DNA of 64,000 nt from Planctomycetota bacterium (GTDB lineage Bacteria; Planctomycetota; B15-G4; JADJEK01), in contig JBGAIQ010000017.1 of assembly GCA_044225365.1 (NCBI GenBank), positions 1-64,000 on the forward strand, given 5' to 3'. This document shows positions 1 to 10,407 of the stretch, one piece after another. How positions within the stretch are numbered: position 1 is the first letter of the stretch; every line of letters starts with the position of its first letter. The position numbers were made by a program, and so were the translations under genes. The notes under the pieces were generated by a model. That model was not told the origin of the DNA. It made no database searches and was given only the letters and a program-made list of their open reading frames with translations.

Positions 1-1824
1 CTCGAGATCTCGGGCAAGCGCAGTCTCAATGTCGCGATCAACGGCGAAGAGCAGGACATGTCGGCGCTCGAGTGGTTGCTCGACACCTTGTTCTTCCCGC
101 GCCAGGCCGCGGATTATCCCGTGTTCCTCGTCGAGGACTACGACGTCCTCTCCGATGTCGGAATGAAGATCGACGGCCTGAAGAAGCGCGATCGCTACTC
201 GTACGCGTTCCTCGCGAAGAACAGGAAGGCGATCTACGAGAAGGCCACCGAGTACGCGGACCTTGAGAACGACAAGGGAGAAAAAGCGCTTGCCCCCGTC
301 CAGAAGCAGGTAATGCGCCTTGCGAGTCTCGTCTCCCAGTTCGAGCGGCTCTCGTACGCGTTCCTTCCCGCTCGCACCGGCGTCGATCTGGAGCAGACAT
401 ATGCGACGCTCGCTCCCGAATTCCCGGGCCGCAAGGTCGTGCCGCTCGTCGAATTCGTCGATCGATTGCCGAAGCTCTCGAAGCGTCACGAATCGCTCGT
501 CGCCGATGGCGGCGACAAGCCCGCGTCCGATGAGTTGCTCCAACTCTCCGGCGTCCTTTCCGACCTGAAGGCCTACGCGGGAGCGCGAATCGATCTGCGT
601 CTCTTCCCATCGCCCGCCGGTGACGAGGACTGGTTCTCGCCGAGCGATCTCGTGATGCGCGGATTCCTGTCGACCGAGGGTCTCGAGCCGCAGTTCGCGG
701 CGATGAAGACGCTCTACGACTGCGTGCCGAGCAATCTCCGCGGCGTCGAGATGGCGGCGATCGAGAAGGGCATCGCCGACTTCGGCGCCGCGACCCGCCA
801 ACTCGCCGATGCACGCGGCCAAGCCGGCAAGATCGACATGGAAGTGAGTTATTACAAGGCGCAGTACTTCACGATCGCGCAGTGGACGTTCGTGTTCGCG
901 TTGATGATCGGCTGTTTGCTGTGGCTCGCGCCGCGCTCGAAGCTGCTCTACGGCGCGACTTGGCTGCTCACCTCATTACCATGGGCGGTGCTCGTCGTCG
1001 GTATCGCCGTGCGTTGCGTACTGCGGCATCGTCCTCCCGTCACGAATCTCTACGAGACGACTCTGTTCATCTCCGCGATCGTCGTGTTCGCGGCGCTCAT
1101 CATGGAGTTCATCACGCGCCAGCGCATCGCGCTGTTCGTCGCCACGATCGCGGGCTCGGCGGGGCTCTACCTGTCGAGTTGGTACGAGGAGATCGGCCGG
1201 CAGGACACGATGCCCCAGCTCCAGGCCGTGCTCGACACGAACTTCTGGCTCTCCACGCACGTCACGTGCGTCACGATCGGCTACGCCGCGGCGTTCCTGG
1301 CGGCCGCGATCGCTCACGTCTTCATCCTCGGGAAGGCGACCGGACTGAACAAGGGACAGCCCGAGTTCTACCGGACGCTGACGCGCCTCACCTACGGCGC
1401 GATCGGTTTCAGCGTCGTGTTCTCGACCGTCGGCACGATCCTCGGCGGCGTGTGGGCGAACGACAGTTGGGGGCGATTCTGGGGCTGGGACCCGAAGGAG
1501 AACGGCGCACTGATGATCGTGCTGATGAACCTGATCCTGCTGCACGCGCGGCTCGGCGGGTACATCCGCGAGTTCGGACTCGCCCTCGGCGCGATCCTGC
1601 TCTCGATCGTCGTGACGTTCTCCTGGTTCCACACCAATCAGCTCGGCATCGGTCTTCACGCCTACGGCTTCGACGAGAACATCCGTGACCTGGTGTGGAG
1701 CACGTACATGACCGAAGCGCTGATCTTCGGAATCGGATGCCTCGCATGGCTCCGAGACCGCAGCACCTCATCGAGTCTCGTGATAAACACCGCCACACCA
1801 GCTCGACCCGCAAAGGCACGCTGA
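1..1824 (+). CDS. ccsA: Cytochrome c biogenesis protein CcsA/ResC (system II), 5'-truncated by the window edge
   Basis: WWD motif WANDSWGRFWGWDPKENG, many TM segments and the LDTNFWLSTHV motif. The frame is open from base 1, so the true start probably lies upstream. Confidence 0.9.
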   Translation, partial: LEISGKRSLNVAINGEEQDMSALEWLLDTLFFPRQAADYPVFLVEDYDVLSDVGMKIDGLKKRDRYSYAFLAKNRKAIYEKATEYADLENDKGEKALAPVQKQVMRLASLVSQFERLSYAFLPARTGVDLEQTYATLAPEFPGRKVVPLVEFVDRLPKLSKRHESLVADGGDKPASDELLQLSGVLSDLKAYAGARIDLRLFPSPAGDEDWFSPSDLVMRGFLSTEGLEPQFAAMKTLYDCVPSNLRGVEMAAIEKGIADFGAATRQLADARGQAGKIDMEVSYYKAQYFTIAQWTFVFALMIGCLLWLAPRSKLLYGATWLLTSLPWAVLVVGIAVRCVLRHRPPVTNLYETTLFISAIVVFAALIMEFITRQRIALFVATIAGSAGLYLSSWYEEIGRQDTMPQLQAVLDTNFWLSTHVTCVTIGYAAAFLAAAIAHVFILGKATGLNKGQPEFYRTLTRLTYGAIGFSVVFSTVGTILGGVWANDSWGRFWGWDPKENGALMIVLMNLILLHARLGGYIREFGLALGAILLSIVVTFSWFHTNQLGIGLHAYGFDENIRDLVWSTYMTEALIFGIGCLAWLRDRSTSSSLVINTATPARPAKAR

Positions 1825-1832
1825 CCGTCCGT

Positions 1833-2912
1833 GGACCGCCGGGCTCTGCCCGGCATCTTCTTCGGGAACGTGCCATCGTCGACTGGACCGCACGTCGGGC
1901 GCGCCCGGGGGATCCTGCGCTCGCTCGCGCATGGGCGCTCGGCTCCGCTCCGGATCCCCCGAGCGCTTCTGTCCCTTCGAGGGGAACGTGAGCAGCAACC
2001 AACTTTGAAATAGATCGAGGCGCATTGCCTGGAGTGCCGCGGACGGCACCCCAGCCAATGCTTTCCCCACGTGTCTTCGCGACGAACCTTATGGGGTAGG
2101 TAGGAACACGGTCACCTTGCGCGCCGGTAGCACGGCCGTCTTTGAAGACGCCCCTTGTGCCGGGATCTACCCTTTGGTCCGATCGGACCGCCGGGCTCTG
2201 CCCGGCATTTTCTTTCAGGCGCCAAGCCGAGCCTGGCCGTCTCGGACGACAAACCTCATGACCGCGCCACCGCGCAAGCCCGCGTTCCAGGGCGATGGAG
2301 CACGACTCTCCTGAGCCGAGAGCACTTTCGTCCTCAGTAACGCTTCGACGATTGTCGGTGAGTCTCACTACTCCCGCATGGACGATGCGTCTTTCTGAGC
2401 CGCACTCGAGTGGCGGTGCTCGGGCGAACTGCGGGCGGACGGGCGCTCTGGATGTGCTGTCCATTCCGCGGTGGCACGATCCCGAAGTTGTCGGTCCGCG
2501 ATCCGACATCACCGGGCGCTTCTCGTCGGCCTCAAGAACATGCCGGGCAGAGCCCGGCGGTCCGATCCGAACGGTAAAGGGGCCGCCTTCAAAGATGACC
2601 GTGCTACGGGCGCGCAAGGTGACCGAGTTCCTACCAACCCCATAAGGTTCGTCGCGAAGACACGTGGGGAAAGCCATGGAGGGTGTGCCGTCCGCGGCGC
2701 AACCGCCATGGCTCCTCGATCCATTTCAAAGTTGGTTGCTACTCACGTTCCCATCGAAAGGACAGAAGCGCATCGGGGAGTCCGTTCGCGCAGCATGCGC
2801 GGTCCTCCGCGCGCGGAGTCGAACGGAGCTCCCCGGGCGCGCCCGACGTTCTGTCCTCTCCATGGTGGCACGATCCCGAAGTCCGAAGATGCCGGGCAGA
2901 GCCCGGCGGTCC
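1833..2912. repeat. Composite palindromic element: four 24-nt REP-like units and two ~375-nt inverted arms
   Basis: GGACCGCCGGGCTCTGCCCGGCAT occurs at 1833-1856 and 2185-2208, and its reverse complement at 2540-2563 and 2889-2912. Arm 1833-2208 is the diverged reverse complement of 2540-2912 (exact 38-nt match 2060-2097 vs 2637-2674). Confidence 0.92.
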
Positions 2913-2917
2913 GCGGG

Positions 2918-3682
2918 TCATAAGCGTATGAGCAGTGCCTCGAGCGAATCGTCGTAGGACATCTTCCAGCGTGGGATGCGAAACCGTGGGGACGAGTCCG
3001 TCGCGTTCGTGCCGTCGGCGAGGAGGCCGAGATGGTATCCCGCGTCCTCTGCCGCGTGGTCGACGCGCGGGTCGTCGAGGCCGAACGGGTAGGCGATCGC
3101 TTCGACGGGGTGACCGAGCTCGCGTTCGAGCGTTGCCTTCGATTCGCGCATTTCGCGAGCGAGTGATTCGTCGTTCAGGGTGCGAAGGTCGGGATGCGAG
3201 ATCGTGTGGCTCTCGATCTCGTGGCCTTCCGAGTCGAGCGCTTTCACTTCGCTCCACGAAAGGTACGGCGAGCCGACCACGGCGCCGGTGTAGACGAAAA
3301 ACACTCCCTTCATCCCGCGCGGCTCGAGGTATTGCCGCGCGATGCCGAGGTCCTCGCCCCAGCCGTCGTCGAACGTGAGGACGACGGGCTTTTCGGGGAG
3401 TGGCGCGTCGTGCTCGCGGTGCGCGATGAGCTGATGCAAGGTGATCGTGTGATAATCGTGCGTGCGAAGCCAATCGAGTTGCGCTTCGAAGTCCTTCGGC
3501 TTCACGACCCACGGTGCCCAGTCGTCACGACTCGGACCCCAGTCCCCGACGTGGTGGTACATCAGGATGGGCACATCGGGCGAGTGAACGCGGTGCGCGA
3601 GCGCCGAGAACGCGACGAGCTGGAGCGTCGCGCCGAGGATGGTGGTCCAGAACGAACGGAGTCGAGTGCGATCGCGATGCAT
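2918..3682 (-). CDS. Polysaccharide deacetylase (NodB/CE4 family)
   Basis: Motifs PILMYHHV, LTFDDGW, IESHTISHP and AIAYPFG; N-terminal signal-like segment. Confidence 0.88.
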   Translation of the reverse strand: MHRDRTRLRSFWTTILGATLQLVAFSALAHRVHSPDVPILMYHHVGDWGPSRDDWAPWVVKPKDFEAQLDWLRTHDYHTITLHQLIAHREHDAPLPEKPVVLTFDDGWGEDLGIARQYLEPRGMKGVFFVYTGAVVGSPYLSWSEVKALDSEGHEIESHTISHPDLRTLNDESLAREMRESKATLERELGHPVEAIAYPFGLDDPRVDHAAEDAGYHLGLLADGTNATDSSPRFRIPRWKMSYDDSLEALLIRL

Positions 3683-3685
3683 GGG

Positions 3686-5110
3686 TCAGTCGGCCATGCG
3701 CTCGGCGCGATGATCCTCGCCGTTCTGATGAAGGACCACGGCGGAAGCGACGCCGTCTTTCGACTCGAACGAGAGCTGGGCGTCGACGGCGCGATAGCGA
3801 TACTTCGACTCCGATTCGGCGTAGACGCGAAACGCCGGTTGGCCGGTGAGCTGTGCGTAGAGACCTTTGCTGCGCGTGGCGCTCCCGGGCTCGAACGTGA
3901 TCGTGAACACGAGCGTGGGGGAGAGCTTGTAACGGCCGACGAGCCGCTTCAAGAGTTCGTCCTCCACCTTCGCGGGTCGGAACGGCGCAGGGGTCGGCGG
4001 CTCCTTTCCGAGCAGCAGCGCCATCGCGAAGTCCGCGAGGGTGTCGACCTCGCGCGTGGGAGCGTTGGCGAGCACGACGACCGCGCAGTGTTGCGATTTC
4101 GAGATCGCGACGAACGAGTGGTAACCACCCGTCTCGCCGTTGTGCCAGTGCACGTCGGCGGGCGAGATGTGCCAGCCGAGCCCGAGGCGCACCTTCGATT
4201 TCGGATCCTCGTAGTGCTGGGTCTGCGTGAGCGCGACGGCTTTCTCGAGCTCGGCCGGCGGGTCGAGCTCCCGGGCGCAGAATTCGAGCATGTCGCGCGC
4301 GGTCGACCGCAGGGCTCCCGCGCCCGCGAAGCCGAAGAGGTTCCAATTCGCATTGAGAGTCAGATCCGCATCGTAGGGCAGGGCGAGCCGCGCTTTCGCG
4401 GCTTCGTCGAGCGCCACGTGGGTGTCCTTCATCCCGAACGGCCCGAGCACGCGCTTCGCGACGAGGCTCTCGTAGTCGGCTTCTCCCTCGATATCGACGA
4501 GAACTTGTCCCAGCAGTGCCATGGCGAAATTGCTGTACTCGTATGCGACTCCCGGCGCGCGGGCGGGAGTCGTCAGGGAAAGCCCGGCGTAGAGTCGCTT
4601 GGCGTCGTAGTCGGAGTACGGATCCGTGGGATTGCGCGGCGCGAAGTTTCCGGGCATTCGCGGCAACCCGGAGCTGTGCGTTGCGAGATGGACCAATTCG
4701 ATGTCGATGTCGTCGTCGGCCGGGACTTCGATCCCCTTCGGCACGACGTCCTTCAACTTGGTGTCGAGGGCCACCTTCCCGTGAGTGATCGCGTCGGCGA
4801 AGACGAGCGACGTGAAGACCTTCGTGACCGACCCGATCTCGTAGAGCGTGTCGGGAGTCGGCTTGGATGCGGCATCCTGGAGTCGGGTCCTTCCGAACGT
4901 ACGGAACTCGCGCTTTCCATCCTTCAGGATGCCGATCGCTAGCGATGGGACGACTTCGGCATCGATGTAATTCGTCGCCGCAGCCTCGATCTTCTCGAGC
5001 GGGGTGAGGGTCGCAGGCGTAGGCGCTTCGCTCTCTTTGTTCTGCGCGCGCGCGGGTGCGGCGAGGAACAGGGCGAAGAGGGGAAGGACGATCGAACGAG
5101 GCGACTTCAT
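3686..5110 (-). CDS. Serine hydrolase, beta-lactamase class C-like, with C-terminal DUF3471-type domain
   Basis: SxxK (GSVTK), YxN (YSN) and HNG motifs; signal peptide MKSPRSIVLPLFALFLAAPARA. Confidence 0.88.
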   Translation of the reverse strand: MKSPRSIVLPLFALFLAAPARAQNKESEAPTPATLTPLEKIEAAATNYIDAEVVPSLAIGILKDGKREFRTFGRTRLQDAASKPTPDTLYEIGSVTKVFTSLVFADAITHGKVALDTKLKDVVPKGIEVPADDDIDIELVHLATHSSGLPRMPGNFAPRNPTDPYSDYDAKRLYAGLSLTTPARAPGVAYEYSNFAMALLGQVLVDIEGEADYESLVAKRVLGPFGMKDTHVALDEAAKARLALPYDADLTLNANWNLFGFAGAGALRSTARDMLEFCARELDPPAELEKAVALTQTQHYEDPKSKVRLGLGWHISPADVHWHNGETGGYHSFVAISKSQHCAVVVLANAPTREVDTLADFAMALLLGKEPPTPAPFRPAKVEDELLKRLVGRYKLSPTLVFTITFEPGSATRSKGLYAQLTGQPAFRVYAESESKYRYRAVDAQLSFESKDGVASAVVLHQNGEDHRAERMAD

Positions 5111-5177
5111 GGAGGGCTCCTGCGGCGGGAAGCCCATTATGCCGTCATTCTGTCGAACGAGCGCTGGATCCGAGAAG

Positions 5178-8108
5178 CTACGGAGACTCTGAACCGTGCG
5201 CGGCCCGCTGCACCATGATCCGACCGATCGCCGTCTTCAGTGCCTCGATCTGGACGGGCTTCGTGAGGAATCCGTTCATGCCGGCGTCGAGGCAGCGAGT
5301 CTCGTCCTCCTTCATCGCGTTCGCAGTGAGGGCGATGATCTCGGGCTGGCGATTCGGTGGCAGTAGTTCACGGATCCGCTGCGTCGCTCCGATCCCGTCG
5401 AGCACGGGCATCTGGATGTCCATGAGGACGATGTCGTATCCGCGCTCGAGAACGGCGTTCACCGCTCGTTCGCCGTCGGTCGCGATGTCGGCGCGAAAGC
5501 CGATCTTCTCGAGCATCTTGGCGATCACGCGTTGATTGACCGGATTGTCCTCGGCAATGAGGATCCGAGCGAGCTCGTTCGAAGCGGCAGGGGTGGGATC
5601 GGCGGCGCGTGGGCTCTCGCGATTCGTCACGCTCTTCGACGAAGCCGGCGAAGGCTGACCGGTCGACCGTATCTCGGTAAGCAGTTCGGTGATCGTGCGC
5701 TCGAGCACGCGCACTTTGGCCGGCTTCAGCACGATCGAATCCACTCGTGCCTGCCGTTGGTCGAGTGCGGCTTGGGGCGATTGCACCGACGACAGAAGGA
5801 TGAGCGGCAGATCGGGACTCTCGCGATTCAGCGTCGCGGCGAGCTCGGCGCCGTCCATGCTCGGCATGTGGAAGTCGAGGATCGCGAGGTCGAAAAGCGA
5901 CCCGGAGCGCAAGGCCCCGATTGCATCCTCTCCGGACTCGAACACGATCGGCTTCATGCCGAGACGACGGAGCTGCTGCTCCAGGATCCGACGGTTCGTC
6001 GGATTGTCGTCGACCGCCATGACCACCTTGTCTCGCAGGAGGGGATTCACGTCGGCGTGCCGATCCAGTGCCGGCGAGGTAGCTTCGTCCGCGAGCAACG
6101 TGAAGTGAAAGGTCGCTCCCTTGCCGGAGATGCTTTCGACCCAGATCTTCCCGCCCATCAGTTCGACGATCTGGCGACAGATCGCGAGGCCGAGCCCCGT
6201 GCCGCCAAATCGCCGCGTGGTCGAAGCATCGACCTGGGAGAACGGCTGGAACAGTCGTGAGACGCGGTCCTCCGGGATTCCGATTCCCGTGTCGCGCACG
6301 GAGACATGAAGTTCGTGCGTGACGATTTCGCCGGAGTGAACGACTCGCGAGTCGATCTTGAGTTCGACTTCGCCGTGCTCGGTGAACTTGACCGCGTTTG
6401 CGAGCAGATTGGTCAGGACCTGCTGGATGCGGAATTCGTCGCCCAATACCTGCTCGGGCGTTTCCTGCGACAAGTCGAAGAGGAGCTCGATCCCGCGTTC
6501 CGCGGCGCGAGCGCCGACGAGATCGAGACAGCGTTCGGCGCAGGAACGGAGTTCGAACGGGAGTCGCTGCAACTCGAGCTTTCCGGCCTCGATCTTCGAG
6601 AAGTCGAGGATGTCGTTGATCACGGAGAGCAGCGCATCTCCCGAGCTGCGGATCGTCGACACGTATTCCTGCTGATCGCGATCGAGACTCGTGGTGAGCA
6701 GGATCTCGGTCATTCCGATCACCCCGTTCAACGGCGTGCGGATCTCATGGCTCATGTTCGCCACGAACGCGCTCTTCGCGTGATCGGCCGCGAGCGCCTG
6801 ATCCCGAGCGCGGCGAAGGTCCGACGTGCGCTCCTCGACGATGCGTTGCAATTCTCGCTCGCGATGCAGCTCCTTCTTCCTCTCGCGTTTCCACAGCGCG
6901 AGCAGGAGGGCGCAAATCGCGAACAGCGCGCCGTTCCCGAGGTGAGCACCGAAGGCGAGCGTTTGGGCCGCATTCACGTCGGCACGCGACTCGAACGCGA
7001 CGTTGGGCTCGCCGACCCACAGACTCCAGTGTCCCCAATCGTCACGGATCGAGAGCGGCTTCGTCCGGGAGTAGATCAAGTCCGGATCGGGGGCCCCGGC
7101 TCGCGCGAAATCGATCGAGCGAGCCACCTGGTCCGGGGCGCGGGGATCGATGAACAACTCGGACTCGGGGCAGAGGATCGCGACGTTTCCGTTCGGCAGC
7201 CGATCGCGCAGCATGTGTTCCAGCGCGACGATCGATACGCAACCGAGAAGGGCGCCGGCGTCGCTGTAGAACGGGACGGAATAGACGAAGCCCGTGCGAT
7301 CCAAGTCACTGGGATGGCGCGGAGAGTAGCGCGTGTTGTCGCAGGTGATGACGGGTCGGGAGGCTACCGCGACGTAGTGGATCGCGTCCGTCGCATCGAC
7401 CGTCGCCGCATGCGCGGCGAACCAGTCGAGCTGGCGACGCATCTCGCGATATTCGTAGACCTCGATCTCTGCGACCTCTTCTTCGCCTTCTTCGAGCACT
7501 TCGTGCTTCTCATCGTGCTCGGAAGAATTCGGTTCGTCCGCCGTCTTGCCGACGATGAGGGAGTCGAACGTGATGAGCGGCTCGGTGGGGCGAGCGTGAC
7601 TCGGGTCCTGCCCATCGGGATCGAGGGACAGCGGTACCACGTAGACTTCGGAGACCGCGACATCGCTCGCGAGCGTGTTGTAGATCTCCTGGAAGGCGCG
7701 CTTCGTGTTCTCCTCGAATTCCTTGCCACCGCCGTGGAATTCGAGCTCCGCACTGGGGTCGAGCTTCCGAATGCCGGGCATGCGCGCCATCGTGATCGCG
7801 GCGAGGTACATCTTGTCGAAGACCTGTTCGAGCTCGCTCGCCGTCGCATTCACTCGGTCGTTGGCTTCTGCGCAGTAGAGGTCGCGCGCGGCATCGAGAT
7901 CGTGATGCTCCTTCACCGCAATGAGCTTCGCAAGAGTCGCACAGACGAGGACGAGGGCGGTGAATCCGACTGCCAGGAACCAGTTCTCGCGAGGTGTGCG
8001 ATTCGCGGCGCGCGGGAACGGGGCGGATGAATTCTCTCTCCGCGCCACCGGGGGAGCCGCGGGGTTCAGGGGTTTTGCGCCCGACGGCGCGCTGGGGCGA
8101 GATTCCAT
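5178..8108 (-). CDS. Membrane hybrid sensor histidine kinase with two receiver domains
   Basis: Two TM segments, H-box [14 protein letters not shown] box [11 protein letters not shown] boxes DTGIGI and GGTGLGL, REC domains LDFHMP and MDIQMP. Confidence 0.93.
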   Translation of the reverse strand: MESRPSAPSGAKPLNPAAPPVARRENSSAPFPRAANRTPRENWFLAVGFTALVLVCATLAKLIAVKEHHDLDAARDLYCAEANDRVNATASELEQVFDKMYLAAITMARMPGIRKLDPSAELEFHGGGKEFEENTKRAFQEIYNTLASDVAVSEVYVVPLSLDPDGQDPSHARPTEPLITFDSLIVGKTADEPNSSEHDEKHEVLEEGEEEVAEIEVYEYREMRRQLDWFAAHAATVDATDAIHYVAVASRPVITCDNTRYSPRHPSDLDRTGFVYSVPFYSDAGALLGCVSIVALEHMLRDRLPNGNVAILCPESELFIDPRAPDQVARSIDFARAGAPDPDLIYSRTKPLSIRDDWGHWSLWVGEPNVAFESRADVNAAQTLAFGAHLGNGALFAICALLLALWKRERKKELHRERELQRIVEERTSDLRRARDQALAADHAKSAFVANMSHEIRTPLNGVIGMTEILLTTSLDRDQQEYVSTIRSSGDALLSVINDILDFSKIEAGKLELQRLPFELRSCAERCLDLVGARAAERGIELLFDLSQETPEQVLGDEFRIQQVLTNLLANAVKFTEHGEVELKIDSRVVHSGEIVTHELHVSVRDTGIGIPEDRVSRLFQPFSQVDASTTRRFGGTGLGLAICRQIVELMGGKIWVESISGKGATFHFTLLADEATSPALDRHADVNPLLRDKVVMAVDDNPTNRRILEQQLRRLGMKPIVFESGEDAIGALRSGSLFDLAILDFHMPSMDGAELAATLNRESPDLPLILLSSVQSPQAALDQRQARVDSIVLKPAKVRVLERTITELLTEIRSTGQPSPASSKSVTNRESPRAADPTPAASNELARILIAEDNPVNQRVIAKMLEKIGFRADIATDGERAVNAVLERGYDIVLMDIQMPVLDGIGATQRIRELLPPNRQPEIIALTANAMKEDETRCLDAGMNGFLTKPVQIEALKTAIGRIMVQRAAHGSESP

Positions 8109-8156
8109 GCATCGCTTGTCGATCGGTCTCAGGCTTGGACTTGAGCGATCCTCCCA

Positions 8157-8207
8157 TTGAATGAGGGGAATGAGGGGAATGAGGGGAATGACGTGAACGA
8201 GGGGAAG
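8157..8207. repeat. 9-bp tandem repeat (GAATGAGGG)n in a divergent intergenic region
   Basis: Three perfect copies followed by two degenerate ones (GAATGACGT, GAACGAGGG). Confidence 0.85.
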
Positions 8208-8268
8208 GCAGCTTTGAGATCGCGCCGCGCTTCCTGTCTACTGACCGACACCCGGCAGAAAGCACTCG

Positions 8269-9108
8269 ATGGCGATCCACTGGTATCCGTCGCACATGGC
8301 GAAGGCCGAGAAGGCCCTCCGCGCCATCATTCCGCAGGTGGACGTCCTGATCGAGGTCGTCGACGCGCGGTTGCCCCGGTCGAGTTCGAATCCGGTGCTC
8401 GCCAAGGTGTCGAAGGGCAAGCCGAGGATCATCGCCCTCAACAAAGCGGACCTCGCCGATCCTGCGATCACCAAGGCGTGGATCGCGGCGCTCGAAGGCG
8501 GCGCCGATTCGACGCCCCGCAAGGTCGTGGCGATCGAAGCGACGAATTCGAAGATGGCGAAGTCGCTGTTCGCCCTCGCGCGGCAACTCGCACCGTTGCG
8601 GAACTCGCCGGTGAAACCGCTGCGCCTCATGGTCGCCGGTATTCCAAACGTCGGCAAGTCGACGCTCATCAATGCACTCGCGGGACGCAAGATCGCGAAC
8701 GTCGGTGATGAACCGGGCGTGACGAAGGGTCAACAGCGCATTCGTCTCGAGCCTTCGCTCTACCTGCTCGATACTCCCGGTCTCTTGTGGCCGAAGATCC
8801 ACGACGAGGATTCGGGGTATCGACTGGCTGCGAGCGGGGCCATCCGCGACACGTCGATGGAGGAGTCCGACGTCGCGCGCTTCGCGATCCTGTTCCTCGT
8901 CGAGAAGTACGCCAAGCGCGTGAAGGAGCGCTACGGACTCGCCGATCTCGATGGCAATTGGAAGGAGCTGCTCCTCGCGATCGGGAGGCGTCGCGGTTGC
9001 CTCGTCGCGGGCGGAGGCGTGGAGATCAACAAAGTCGCGCAGCTCCTGTTGAAGGAACTGCGCGGCGGTGAACTCGGTCGGATCAGTTTCGAGTCGCCGG
9101 GCGACTGA
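8269..9108 (+). CDS. ylqF: Ribosome biogenesis GTPase RbgA/YlqF
   Basis: N-terminal IHWYPSHMAKA; circularly permuted GTPase order NKAD, GIPNVGKS, DTPG. Confidence 0.93.
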   Translation: MAIHWYPSHMAKAEKALRAIIPQVDVLIEVVDARLPRSSSNPVLAKVSKGKPRIIALNKADLADPAITKAWIAALEGGADSTPRKVVAIEATNSKMAKSLFALARQLAPLRNSPVKPLRLMVAGIPNVGKSTLINALAGRKIANVGDEPGVTKGQQRIRLEPSLYLLDTPGLLWPKIHDEDSGYRLAASGAIRDTSMEESDVARFAILFLVEKYAKRVKERYGLADLDGNWKELLLAIGRRRGCLVAGGGVEINKVAQLLLKELRGGELGRISFESPGD

Positions 9109-9114
9109 GGCCCT

Positions 9115-10314
9115 TCACTTCGCACTCGGTCGATCGAGCGCCTGGATCAACCCGAGGATCGCTTCGTGGCGGCTCTTCGGCGCGCGCACGACGAGGCTGT
9201 TGGTGCGCGAGTCCGGGACGATGAAGACGCGGCTCTCGGACGGGGCGTAGATCGGATCTCCATCCTTCTCCTTCCCGATCACCGTATGCGACTTCTCGAC
9301 GAAGAACGCGTTCAGCGTGACCGCGATCTCCTGGGCCGCCGCGTTCTTCATCGCGACCACCGCCGTGTCGAGGGGATCCTCGGGAGCGACGTCGAGTTGC
9401 TTCGTGAGCGCTTCGGCGAAGGCGATGGCGTCGCGCGTGCCCGTCACCACGAGCGAATTCGACAGGGAGTTGGCCGTGACTCCGAGACTCGGGGATTCGG
9501 GGATTGGCGTTGGTTGTGGTGCGCGCAGAACGCCACGGAACTGATCTTCGACGATTCCCGCGACGTCGCTCGCGAGCGCGTGATGGAGTGGGATCACGAT
9601 CGACTTCCGATCGACCGGTTGAGGTTCGACGTCGATCATCCGCACGAGGTCGGCGACCTGCGCGAGGTTCGATCCGAATCCGGTCAACAGCACCGCGTTC
9701 GAAGTCGCGACGGCGCGCACCGATTCGAGCATCGGATCGGTGAAGTAGACCTGCAGCGAATTCGTGGCGTCCTGCGCATTCGCATGCGCAAGTTGGATCG
9801 ACGTCGTGAACAGCAGCGCGCTGTCGAAGCGATGGGACTCGAGCTCGCTCGCGGGAATGAACGGCGCCTCGGTCTTCATCGCTCCCGGACGGCCATTGCC
9901 GCCGAGCGTGGACCGCAGCGAGTAGCTCGGCGTGATGCCCTTGCCCTGGGAGGCGCGGTTTGGAAGCAGCGCCAGCTCGGAGCGCCGCAGGACATCCTGA
10001 TAGAAACTGAAGAACTTCGCCTTCGGAACGCGCTGTGTGCCGACTCGACGCATGCCGCGATCGGCGAGATCGCGTTCGTTGAACTCGAACGCGTAACCGG
10101 TCACCTTCGAGCACAACTCCGTGAGCGCTTCGAGGGAAACGGAATCCCGAGCCGTGAAGTCGAGAACGACATCGTCGCCTTCGATGCGATACGAGGCGTT
10201 CGTCGATTCGGTGTCGACCGGTTGTTGATTCGGTGCGGGATCGACTTGCGCGCGCGCGAGCATGGGAAAAGCGATTCCGGCGAGCAGACTGCAAGACACA
10301 GCGACGTTTTTCAT
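9115..10314 (-). CDS. Secretin N-terminal domain protein (GspD-like N domains, no barrel)
   Basis: Signal peptide and repeated secretin_N-like motifs (IPLHHALASDVA, SNSLVVTG, PDSRTNSLVVRAP...LIQALDRP). The protein ends there. Confidence 0.7.
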   Translation of the reverse strand: MKNVAVSCSLLAGIAFPMLARAQVDPAPNQQPVDTESTNASYRIEGDDVVLDFTARDSVSLEALTELCSKVTGYAFEFNERDLADRGMRRVGTQRVPKAKFFSFYQDVLRRSELALLPNRASQGKGITPSYSLRSTLGGNGRPGAMKTEAPFIPASELESHRFDSALLFTTSIQLAHANAQDATNSLQVYFTDPMLESVRAVATSNAVLLTGFGSNLAQVADLVRMIDVEPQPVDRKSIVIPLHHALASDVAGIVEDQFRGVLRAPQPTPIPESPSLGVTANSLSNSLVVTGTRDAIAFAEALTKQLDVAPEDPLDTAVVAMKNAAAQEIAVTLNAFFVEKSHTVIGKEKDGDPIYAPSESRVFIVPDSRTNSLVVRAPKSRHEAILGLIQALDRPSAK

Positions 10315-10407
10315 CGTTCGTTCCTCGTGGGTTTGCCCGAACGGGCAAGGGATTCGTGCGGCGTGAGACGCTCGCACGACGAATCCTCCTTGCTGCGAAA
10401 TCGAGAT

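Noticed and set aside
1833-2912. CRISPR array interpretation of the four identical 24-mers
   Set aside because: The spacers are ~330 nt, the orientation flips midway, the outer spacers are copies of each other, and there are no cas genes in the window.
1409-2957. ORFs over the palindromic element (e.g. 1409..2677, 2471..2923) sharing peptides such as PIRFVAKTRGES
   Set aside because: The shared peptides follow from the DNA repeat. Differences between the arms are largely non-synonymous and preserve base pairing rather than protein sequence.
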